Shown in pieces: positions 49,249 through 59,134 of a DNA stretch of 64,000 nucleotides. A program made the translations under genes and the position numbers. The stretch covers positions 44,146,001-44,210,000 of the forward strand of contig OZ076409.1 of the NCBI GenBank assembly GCA_964187785.1, read 5' to 3'. The notes below the pieces were generated by a model that was not told where the DNA came from, searched no databases, and saw nothing but the letters and a program-made list of their open reading frames with translations. Numbering within the stretch: position 1 is the stretch's first letter; every line of letters starts with the position of its first letter. Source of the DNA: Amphiscolops sp. MND2022 (lineage: Eukaryota).

Positions 49249-52200
49249 GAGGTCATCTACCACGAAGTCACGCAGGATCACTGGGCTTGCTAGCGGATGA
49301 TGATGATCGTGGGCAGCAGATTGAAGAGCCTTGACAGCTTGGTGAGCAGAAGATCGAATGCCGAACGTGACACGGGTCATGCGCCAGACCTCAATTGGTT
49401 CATCAGGCTGATCGCGCCATAGAAGTCGATGGTAGTCCCTGCTGCTTCGCTTCAAACACACTTGACGGTACATCTTCTCCACATCAGCACAGAGAGCTAT
49501 TGTGTGAAAGCGAAACCTAAGCAAAATATCAGTTAGATTGTCTTGAAGAGTAGGACCAGTCATAAGTGAGGCGTTGAGGGACCACCCAGATGAAGATTTT
49601 GCGGAGCCGTCGAAGACCACGCGAAGCTTGTGTGTTGAACTATCCTTCATCACATTGTGGTGGGGAAGGTAGAAAACTTGATGATGTGGTTTATCGAGAT
49701 CCTCAGTTGGGACTCGTTCCATGTGACCAGCATCCTTGTATCCATTGATGTAGTCAGCGTAGTCTTGCTTGAGACCAGTAGACTGTAGTCGTTTCTCCAG
49801 TGCCAGAAAGCGTCGCTTCGCCTGATTGAAGCTTTCACCAATTGGAGGTGCATCTGGGTTGAAGGGTAGTTCCACTTCGTAGCACCCATCAGCTGTCCTA
49901 GACGTCGTCTGAGTGAAGAAGTTCTCGCATTGCTGCTTTTCAGGGGTGAATTGCTTGGATCCAGCGCCAGGCACCTCCTCGATTTCCCAGAAGCGAGTCA
50001 GAAGCTGATCGACAGAGGAGACATCAGTTGATGTTGAGTGTAGAACGATGTGAAGTGATTGCTCAGAGCTAGAGTCAGAAGCTGTAGATGAGTGGCCTGA
50101 TTGAACCAGCTTAGGGTTGAGTGTACCGCTGAGAACCCAACCGCACATGGTTTCCCTGGCATAAAGCTTGGGTTGAAGCTGAAACTTGTTAGAAAGTATA
50201 ATTGATTCATAAAGATCAATACCAATGAGGATATCGATTGGACCAGGAGTGTGGAACATGGGATCGGCCATTTGCACACCATCTAATTGAGTGAGTTCAG
50301 CAGCATTGATGGGCTGTGAAGGTAGATCATAGGTGATTGTTTTGAGAACTAGAGCAGTTGTAGTTAGCAGTTGCTCCTTGTAGGGGCTGTAGAGGTCCAA
50401 GGTAACCACTGCTGAGGGACGAGGCATGCGCGTGCGCGCTATCCCAGTGTAGGTCGCTGCTGTCCGCTTTGTGGGTAGACCGAGCCGCTGGGCTGCCTGT
50501 GTGGTCATGACGTTCACCGTTGAGCCAGAATCAAGAAGTGCTCTGAGATTGACCCATTTATCATGCCTGTCACGAGCCATTATCTGAATAGTACTGAGGA
50601 TACCTTGAGTCGTTACAATGGGTGTAGAGTCATTGACATGCCCATTGCGTTCCAGTGGCTGGTCATTCTTTTGTAGCAGGCTATGATGTTTCCCACTGCA
50701 CGTACGACACGTCTTGTTGCTTGGGCAGGACTTCGGACGATGGCCAGAAGAGAGACAGTTGAAGCACAAACCCAGATCCCGAGCCTTGTCTGACCTCTGA
50801 ACAGTTGTCATCTCATTGAAGGCTGAGCACTTGTAAATCGGATGTCCAGAAGTGTTGCAGACTGCACAGGGTTTCGATTGGGCGCCAAGATAGGTTTGGT
50901 TGGTTGATTGTGGTTTCGTCTGGGTTTTGGAACTCTCAGATGTGGCCTTGAGCGTAGTTGCCTCTAGAGCTCGAACACGAGTTTCTAGAAAGGTAAGAAG
51001 ATCATCAAGTTTTTGCGGCTCAGAAATACTTACCTCGTTGGGTGCATGCAACTCCCAATGCTTCCTGGTTTCTTGATCCAGCTTTTCGGCAATGAGAAAG
51101 ACCAGTAGATGATCTTCATTGACGCCTAAATTGCGCAGTGCCACAATGTGTTCCATCATCGTTGTTTGCAACTTTCTCAAACCAGCTGCGTCCTCCGTCT
51201 TGAGGTAGGGTAGGTGTGAAGGGACTGGAAACGTGCTCGCATGATGCATCGCTTGTTCTCGAAACGAGCTTGAAGAAGTGCACGAGCTGCAGCGTAGTTG
51301 TCATCGGTGATTGAGAGCTCTGAGATCACCTTGGCATCCTCCCCCCGCAGTGCACGCTTCAAGTAGTTGAGCTTCTGCGAGTCGACCAGAGAAGGTTAGG
51401 CGTCAACGGAGGCATTGAACTGATCCCAGAATGAAGTCCATTCGGCATACTTACCGTCGAACAGAGGCAGGTCGAGTTTGGGGAGTTTCACACGAGTAGC
51501 TGATCCAATGACGGCAGCTGGAGAAGACACGGTAGGACCACGTATTTCACCTCCGCTAGCTTGTCCTGAAGCTCCTCCATGAGACACAAGCAAGAGTCCT
51601 GTTCCTCTGAGCGTTCATCATCGGGCAAGAGACTGAGCAGTTGTTGATCCAACCGAGACAAAAGAGCAATTTTGTCAACGAACCTCTCGTAGCAGCCACG
51701 AAGTTGTTGAACGGCAGTCAAGTTGTCGGTAGCATCTTGGGCCTGTTGAAGCAGTTCGTCTATGCGCTTCATGAGCTTTGTCGCGACCCCTCGTTGAGTG
51801 GAGCGGGATTGTTTCACTTTGGTGAGATCATCACCAGCAGTGGTATTTTCCATCTTTGAAGTGTCGTCACTGTTTCCACCAGTGCTTCTAGTTGCAGGCA
51901 TTGGGGAAGGGAAAGTAGTTCGAATGAATCGACAAAGGGTTCCAGAAGATCAGAGTTAAATCGTGAAGGAATAGTCAGAGGAGAGACTGATTCTGTAGTG
52001 AGTTCGCGGCACCATATGTTTAGTGATCAACTAAACTGTTGAACTAAGATGAAAACTTATTGTTGTAATAATGAATTGAAGGTGCTTGCTGCAGTGGTGG
52101 TTTTACAAAGAGTGAGAACGTTCAGGAATACAGTTAAAGAATCGAGTGTTTACATACAACACCAGTCAAATATGAGTTCTTCAAACTTCGAGTATGTAAA

Positions 52201-52306
52201 CAGACATATCAATCAATATGTGCACTTTTTGTATCATGTGAGTGTCAATCAAATAAAAATGTTTGTAAACAACAAATGTCAGTCAAACTAATTGTATCAG
52301 TGAACA
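49249..52306 (-). mobile_element. BEL/Pao element 'BEL-2', 3'-truncated in RT, inserted in Gypsy-2
   Basis: 290-bp LTR at 52017-52306 with imperfect TGTT(C/T)A(C/G)TGAT inverted ends. PBS TGGTGCCGCGAACTC (tRNA-His-like) at ~52000-52014. Frameshifted gag from 51901 (KLPKLDLPLFDGKYAEWTSFWDQF), ALLDSGS, YLPHH, KLRVVFDGS; ends at FVVDDL. Confidence 0.9.
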
Positions 52307-53137
52307 GGGAGGATTGGTCGTATAAGTGTGGTCTATCCCAGTGGTCTCATCTGTAGTCTTTGTCGAAGACTTAGACCCGTTCTTGGTTTGACTCTGGGAG
52401 TGCCTCTTTAGTAGTCAAGTATTGGTCTTCGGATTCAGTAATCAATTGAGGGTAATCCCTTTATTGTTCATTTTTGGTATTGTGTTTCATTTTGGCTGCG
52501 ACTTTTTGTCGTCCTTGCCAGTCCTCTGTTGGAGTTCCATTTCAATTTGTCGTCGAGCTTTGAGTGTATTCGATAGGGGATCTTCTACTGAGTACACTCT
52601 CGGGTCTACTGTTTCCCCGAAACACAGGCGCAGCGTGACTATTTTTTTGTTCTCGTTGATTGTCCTGTTTGCCGTTGGTTGGACGGGATTATCGATCCTT
52701 TGCTCTTGTTGTTGGTGATGCCTAAATCGTGGATCGTTGGCAGCGCAGCATTGGCTCCATTCCAACAATCTTCTGTTTTTGTGGGGTTTGCCGCATGTGT
52801 TGCATTTGAGCGTGTTGTCTTCGCGTTCTCTGGTTTGTCCGTTTTTTTTTCGAGTTTGATGCCACCTATCTCTCCTCATTTTCCTGCGTTCTGCTTAAAA
52901 GTGACCAAATTTATTACAATAAGAACAGTACCCCTTTTTGGTATTTTGGGTTCTGTCCTCTGACGGTTTTGCCTCGACCTGAAGCTGAGTGGTCTCAATT
53001 TTATTTAGGGGATCCAGAGTTTACGAAGACGAGAGTCACTTCATCTGGGTTTCCTAGGCCGTTGAGTCACTTTTTTTTCTCCAAATGGAGTACTCTGTCG
53101 TTATATGGTTTATCTTCCAGGTGCGCTCTGTTAAGTA

Positions 53138-53309
53138 CCGTGGATACCGGATATGTTCAACGTCAGGGAAATGACATTGGTGTTTCTCAAAATCGAAACT
53201 TCTTTTATCCGGGTATTAAAAGGAATGGAAATGCCAGTCCAGACCAAGATACGCCTTGACTATATGCGGATATTTCCTATAAGCGATTTTTTTGTATCCC
53301 GATCAACTG
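53138..53309. mobile_element. Tc1/mariner(pogo)-type MITE in Gypsy-2 gag
   Basis: TA on both sides; imperfect TIRs CCGTGGATACCGGATA / TATCCCGATCAACTG. Excision restores gag IKKI|LNRAHLEDKPYND. Confidence 0.8.
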
Positions 53310-54332
53310 TATCTTTTTAATGTGATCTGGCATTTTGGCGTATATGGTTTTGTCGATGAACTGTAGGGCTTCTGCCCCAAAAGCCTCTTTCGTGGTTTTT
53401 TCGAGTAAATCTAGGAATTCATGTAATCTTTGCGTTGTGGGATCGAATTTGAGAGCGTCCCTTTCGCATCGTGGTTTTGCCATAGACAGGTAGTCTCCAA
53501 AGGGAAGTTTGAAAACCGTCGTTATTTCGTCCAGTGAGTGCTTTTTAGACTCTTCTATATTGCAAAACGCTTCCAGGGCGTCACCACGGAGTAGAGAGTG
53601 GAAATAGTTTCTTTTTTGTATTTCCGCGAGATGTGGGTTCATCTTGATGTTATTACAAAAAAGGACCTCAAACAACCCGATTTTTTCAGATTTCCTATCG
53701 AAAGTTGGGAGTGACGATGTTAGTGCTTTTGGCATGGGTAGCGTAGAGTTGTCGTTTTTATCTGGCGCGAAAATTGTCCTATCAACTATGGGACCCTCTT
53801 TGGACGCTGATTGGCTCTACGACCTTGTTTTTGCAGTTTTGGGTTGGTTTGTGGAGTGATTTAAAAATCCTGTCACCATGTTACGACTACGAATTGTTTA
53901 TGCGTACACTATTTATCGGTCGTTGTTTCGAGTACTATTTATCCTGACGACGTGTAAAAGCTTCTTGTTTCATTTTCAAGAGCTGTTTCATCTTCTTAGT
54001 TAACACATTCTCCTGTTTTACGTTTCAACAATTTAGGAAGTTCCCTCTGGGATTCAGCAAGCAATTTTTTGAATTCAGAGGTTACTTCCTCTTTCAAAGA
54101 TGCTCTTAGACTGTCCAAAGATCAGCTTTCAACCTTGAAAGATTTGGCCCGAGAAGGACCCGCTGCCAAAACGTCCTGATCTACTGGACTTTCGTTTTCG
54201 ACTACGTTGGTGATACCACGCTTCCTTTTACGTTTTCACTGCTCTCTTGGGTGATATTTCTTCTCTTTTGGCTTCTTGTAGACATTGTCAGAAGGCAACT
54301 TCAGAGTTAGAAACATGTATTGAGTATATTGA

Positions 54333-54532
54333 NNNNNNNNNNNNNNNNNNNNNNNNNNNNNNNNNNNNNNNNNNNNNNNNNNNNNNNNNNNNNNNNNNNN
54401 NNNNNNNNNNNNNNNNNNNNNNNNNNNNNNNNNNNNNNNNNNNNNNNNNNNNNNNNNNNNNNNNNNNNNNNNNNNNNNNNNNNNNNNNNNNNNNNNNNNN
54501 NNNNNNNNNNNNNNNNNNNNNNNNNNNNNNNN
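54333..54532. other. Assembly gap (200 N)
   Basis: Run of N. Confidence 1.
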
Positions 54533-54837
54533 AGTCCTCTTCGGCATCGTCGAGAGCTTCGTATAAATCTATGTCATCTTCTTGCGTAACCTCAAATCTC
54601 CTGACTGCCCCAAGCGCCAGAGAGTTGTATCTCATGAACAACATCTCGACTAAGTCATTGGACAGGCACACTCGCATCTTGGTGTGAAGACTTGTGTTTG
54701 ACCTGTTGACTTCGTCAAAATAAGTATTCCAGCGTGTGTATCGTTCTTATTGTATAGCGACGGGCCATTTCTGAGAAAAGGCGGGCGGTGGGCCATAGTT
54801 GCGGGCCGCGGACCAAAACGACCCGCTTTCAACCCTA
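54533..54837 (-). mobile_element. hAT deletion derivative, one end visible
   Basis: Ac-like terminus TAGGGTTGAAAG on minus; GC-rich subterminal repeats; peptide HTKMRVCLSNDLVEMLFMRYN resembles the hAT C-terminus. The other end lies in the gap. Confidence 0.65.
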
Positions 54838-55001
54838 GCTAATAAATAACCTTAAAATTCAATACACAATTTCATTCAAATATGACTTGTATTTACTATC
54901 ACAGTGTCATCATGAGTCAGATTTGCCAAGTGCACACGTTCACACTATTTTTCTCCTCGAACAGAAAATTATATTTTTTCCAACGACAATGTACTTCACG
55001 T

Positions 55002-55316
55002 CAGCGGTGTCTCTAGAAATTTCTAAGGGGGAGGCGAAAACAATTTTTTAAGAGAAAACGCTTAAATTTATATGTTTTGAGTTTCAAAATTCGGGAGGAT
55101 TTTTCATCACTACTGAGAAAAAACACTAAAATCTTTCAGTTTTTTTAAAACCTTTTTTTATCAGCCCCCCCGGCCTTTAAAAATTGAAAAAAAAATAAAA
55201 GGAAATTTTCAAAAACTTTGATGTTTACCGTATCAAAAAATATCAACTGAACATGTGTAGTTGAATTTTTTCAAAGAAGGGGAACGGCCGCCCGTTACCC
55301 TCTAAAGACGCCACTG
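55002..55316. mobile_element. hAT MITE
   Basis: TIRs CAGCGGTGTCTCTAGA vs CAGTGGCGTCTTTAGA (3 mismatches); 8-bp TSD CTTCACGT/CTTCACAT. Confidence 0.8.
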
Positions 55317-55473
55317 CTTCACATTGAGCTCTTTTTACTCTTATTATATTAGGCTTTTAGGGAAACCCTCATTTCACTTGTCTGCGGCTTGTTAGATGTC
55401 AGAATGATAACAGAAACTGTCCTTAAAAATCACCACTGAGCTTGTCTGGCTAAGTTCCATTTTCCGATTTCTA

Positions 55474-57075
55474 TTAATCTGTGTTAACTCTTAATGAGAT
55501 TCGACAACATGGGTTGACAGAACTCACGACGCTGAGCTTGTGAATAAGGGAGCTGTCCAGCACAAAACTGTTGGTGCCCGACCCCAGTTGATCATTCTCT
55601 ACTGACCACTCCGTCTGTCCAGGGTCCAATATCACACACATTTTCTTGCCTCCATAGTTTGCGTAGATTTTCAGTTTTTTAGCGCTATAAGACTGAAACA
55701 TTATCGACCATGAAGTTTTGTTCAAGCGTTGAAAACTGGTTTAACTGGATAAAATTAAACAAAAAATACTTGTATTTTAGAAAATTTTCCCGGGAAAACG
55801 AAAAAAGATTTATTGCTGATCTACTTTTGTTGAATCTTTAGAAAATTTGCTTGGAATTTTTATCAAGCACCGTTGAAACAGCTACTTCAATAATCAAGAC
55901 TATTGAATTATTCGCACACTGGAATGTTCACATAAAGAGGCAATCAAAAGGTGTCGAGTGATAAATTGAAACTTTGAGACTGGAAAAAAACTAGTCAATT
56001 TTTTGGTGTCAGCTGATTTTAGACTACGAAAAACAGCGGTCGCAGTCCTAACCTCGGTGTTGGTTGTGAGTTTCAAATGAGTAATTTTGAAGGGTGTCTC
56101 GGCAAATCCTACTTTGAGGAGTTCCAGCTTGGACATTGTGTTGATTCCACTAGGAATATCTCCTCTGAACATGGCGCCATTAATGTTGAAATTTTCATTG
56201 AATACTTGGGTCCACATTTCACGGGTCAGTGCGTCTGCTTGCATCAGTTTGGAGCCTGTGTTGCGGTTGTTGACAGAGTCATCGTGGTTCAAAAGCTTGC
56301 CAATTAATTTTTCAGTATCAGCTTTGTACTTCAACGGGTGCTCTTGATGTGCGTGCCATACCACGTCGAAATCATAGCATGGCACCAAAAATGTGTTGGG
56401 GTTGTGGCTTTTGAGGAAACAATATTTTTTGTACCTCTGAACTGCTTTGTCGATGAAAACTCGGTCGAGATAATGGGGTAAGGAAACTTGATAAAAGAAG
56501 GTTTTCTGTCTCGAAGAAGCACTAGCAATGTCGTATGTAATCCTACTCTCGAAAGAGGACACTTCTTCACTCTTCGCACTGGTGGTTGCTGCATTTTTCA
56601 GGTCTATTTCGAAAGCTTCATTCGGATATTCTTTCTCCCAAGCTTTTTTAGCAGCACTTAAAGCTTTGGAGTACTCATTCATTGTTGTGAGTTCGTGGTC
56701 TACTATACAGCCCAAAAGGGCCATACAGTCTTTCTCGTAATAGACTGGTGCTAACATGTGCACATGCCACGCCCACTGAATATCCAGCGGGGCGACCCAT
56801 TTTGTGATATTAGGACCGGCTTTGGCCGCAAGAGGGAGCCAGAATTTCTCATAGCGATAAATTGCCAAATCTATCAGAGGTCGTTCGTAGAGCTGGGGGT
56901 ATCTGCTGACCAGTCGGAGAAAATCGATGCTGTTTCGAGATGCTTCAACTAAATTAACGGAGAACTTGATTTTCTTCTCATTGAATTTAGCGGTGATAAT
57001 TTTGCTCTCGCTGTAGGCAGGAGGAGGAGTATCAGCCTTAGAAGATTCAGGCAATGTCGATGATCCCTCCGCCAT
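55474..57075 (-). CDS. GRDP-like (glycine-rich domain-containing protein / DUF1399 family); main exon 57075..55918, probable next exon from 55692; 3' end uncertain
   Basis: Two homologous halves: AIYRYEKFWLPL...VAPLDIQWAWHVHMLAPVYYEKDC and AVQRYKKY...LVPCYDFDVVWHAHQEHPLKYKAD...LNHDDS...GAMFRG. Acceptor TTTTCTTTTCAG 6 nt before the ATG; phase-0 join AGT|GTGCGA...TTTCAG|TCT. Confidence 0.8.
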
Positions 57076-57572
57076 AACACCCTGAAAAGAAAAGACACGT
57101 CTGATCAAAAGCCGCTCCTTCGAGAATCATTATATTTCGAGAACTGCAATAAGTTTGGATACAAATCTCAAAAAGTTCAGTTTTCTGGGGTTCAATCAAT
57201 TACTGAAAAAAATCAGGATGTCTTCCAATCCCTAAAAATTTTGCGAAAGTAGCAAAATTGCAAAAACAGTAATTTTTAATGGAAGTTTTCAAATCTTGAA
57301 CTATACGCTCTGTTACTTGGATTGTAAATGGTGATGACCTTTTGCATTCGTAGTTGAAAGCAAGCTGAATCAATAGACACTCGTTCACTTTGTCAAAAAA
57401 AGTCATCCTTCCTACATAGCCGCTGAAAGAACAAGATAGGTAAATAATTGTAAGTAATCTGGGCAGAACCAAAGTTGACTGTCCGCGGCACATAAAATTT
57501 CAATTTACGCAGGAATATTTTTTAAGAGTCGACTTGTAAACTTTCCTCTTCTGGGGAAACACTCAAGTATCG

Positions 57573-58032
57573 AAAATAGGCCCCTCCGGGGCTCAGTACT
57601 ATTTCTGCTTTAATCTTTATTTTTTTTGAAACAAAAAAATCATTAATAAAAGAATTATATCTGGAATACCAATACACTCCTGTTTAATCATTACTTAGAG
57701 CACAATTAATCACTGTACAAGTTTACACCGCCTTTAATTCTTCTCGGACTAAAGAAAATATAACTACTAAGCGTAGACGAAGTTTCGCATTCGCATTTGA
57801 ATGCAGGCGAAGCTCTCAACGAACGAATAATTAACACTCATTCGCTTCATCTCAATAACTCGGGGCAACGAAAGCACAATTACGAACGAACATTCGCTCG
57901 CTTCATCTCAATGACGTCAGCATACGAATGGATAATTACCACTCGCTCGTTCCATCGCACTAGAATTGAATTGTTGTCGGCAGCTTTCCCACGCTTACAC
58001 TCACTGCCGAACAAAATATCTGAATTATTCAG
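57573..58032 (-). mobile_element. Repeat family A, copy 3
   Basis: Reverse complement of 1-422 / 6153-6601; ends GCCCC-GGA-GGGGC CTATTTT. Confidence 0.75.
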
Positions 58033-59134
58033 ATCGTCCGAAAAATTTGTACTGAAAAAAAAGTAGAAAGTTTGAGGTTACAATAATATTCCTGCTAAAG
58101 CAGAAATATTAAAAACAAAACTGAAGAAGCCGAGCTATCAATTGATGCCTCGAGCTTTTGAAAATGGGCTCCTTGCTCAAGTTTTCGAAGCCTTTTTAAC
58201 ACTTCCATAGAAAATCCACTGAGTGAAGTGTTTTCGATTGGTAGTATTGAAAGTAACGCGAAATTGACTATTGGTGGATTGAAAGTGAACGTTCGGTGGT
58301 GTCTTTTTCGTGAAACAATGTATGTTAAAATCACTGGATTTTAAAGCGTTTAAGAAGACTGAATTTCTGCTTTCTCGGAACTTAGATTCTCGTCAAGTCA
58401 CCACTATAAAATGGGAACGATGCAAAGTTGCGCTTCGCAAACACTAGCGATAATATCGCAAAAATCTAGAAAGGACAAAAATTAAATAAGAATATCACAC
58501 GAGCAGTAAAATCCCAATGAGCATTTTCCTTAGGAAAAAAGAAACCACAACAGAAACAACAGTCTCCTTTCAATCTACCTGAAAACAGCCCAGACAAAAC
58601 AAAACTTGAAGAGCTCAATTGTGTTGCATGGTACATAGAAACCGCGACCGCTCGTACACATAGTTTAAGAAGTGTTTCACAAAAACACAGCGCTTAAAAC
58701 AAATGCCGCACTGTGACAGTAAACGTAAATTGTTTAAAGCGCAGCTTGAATCGCTTCCTGAAATGGATATCGTTTATACGCAAACTTCCTATAAATTTGC
58801 TCCTTTATAATTTTAAACTCCAAAGTCAAATTGTTATATGATAATTAGAAGCCATGACTAATGTAATCCAACATTTTATAACTAGCGAAATAGAGAAATA
58901 TTGTGATGTTTCAGCACAGAAAAACCTTTACATAAGCCTCTGATATATACTTCATAAATAGAAAACTAAAGCAACTAGCGGAGAACTAATGACGTAGTGT
59001 AGAATTGTTGACAATTGTAGAGTACACACGTTTTTTTTTTTTTTAAAAAAAAAACGCTATAAGCAACGTAGGCTACAAATGCTCAAAAATTAAGCAACTT
59101 CTAAGCAATCCTGTGGGATAGAAAAACGATTGTC

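Larger units (their letters stand above)
39788..54332 (-). mobile_element. Large decayed Gypsy-type element 'Gypsy-2' (5' LTR cut by the gap), hosting BEL-2 and a MITE
   Basis: 39788-~40225 is homologous to 53879-54332, both starting TGTTACGAC on the plus strand. PBS TGGTGACAGG adjoins 53879. Gag 53735-52487 (LPTFD...YFHSLLRGDAL; CSYCNKFGHF); protease LVDSGA near 48960; RT YASPIFAHRKPIGKLRLLVDLRK near 47770; RNase H-like pieces 47200-47600; pol tail near 46900. Pairing of the two LTR ends into one element is inferred. Confidence 0.7.

Noticed and set aside
49036..51249. 737-aa ORF as a functional BEL-Gypsy chimeric protein
   Set aside because: Upstream gag is frameshifted and has a stop, the RT is cut at its catalytic motif, and the Gypsy part frameshifts before the protease.
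54236..54687. ORFs spanning the N run
   Set aside because: Artefacts of translating through the assembly gap.
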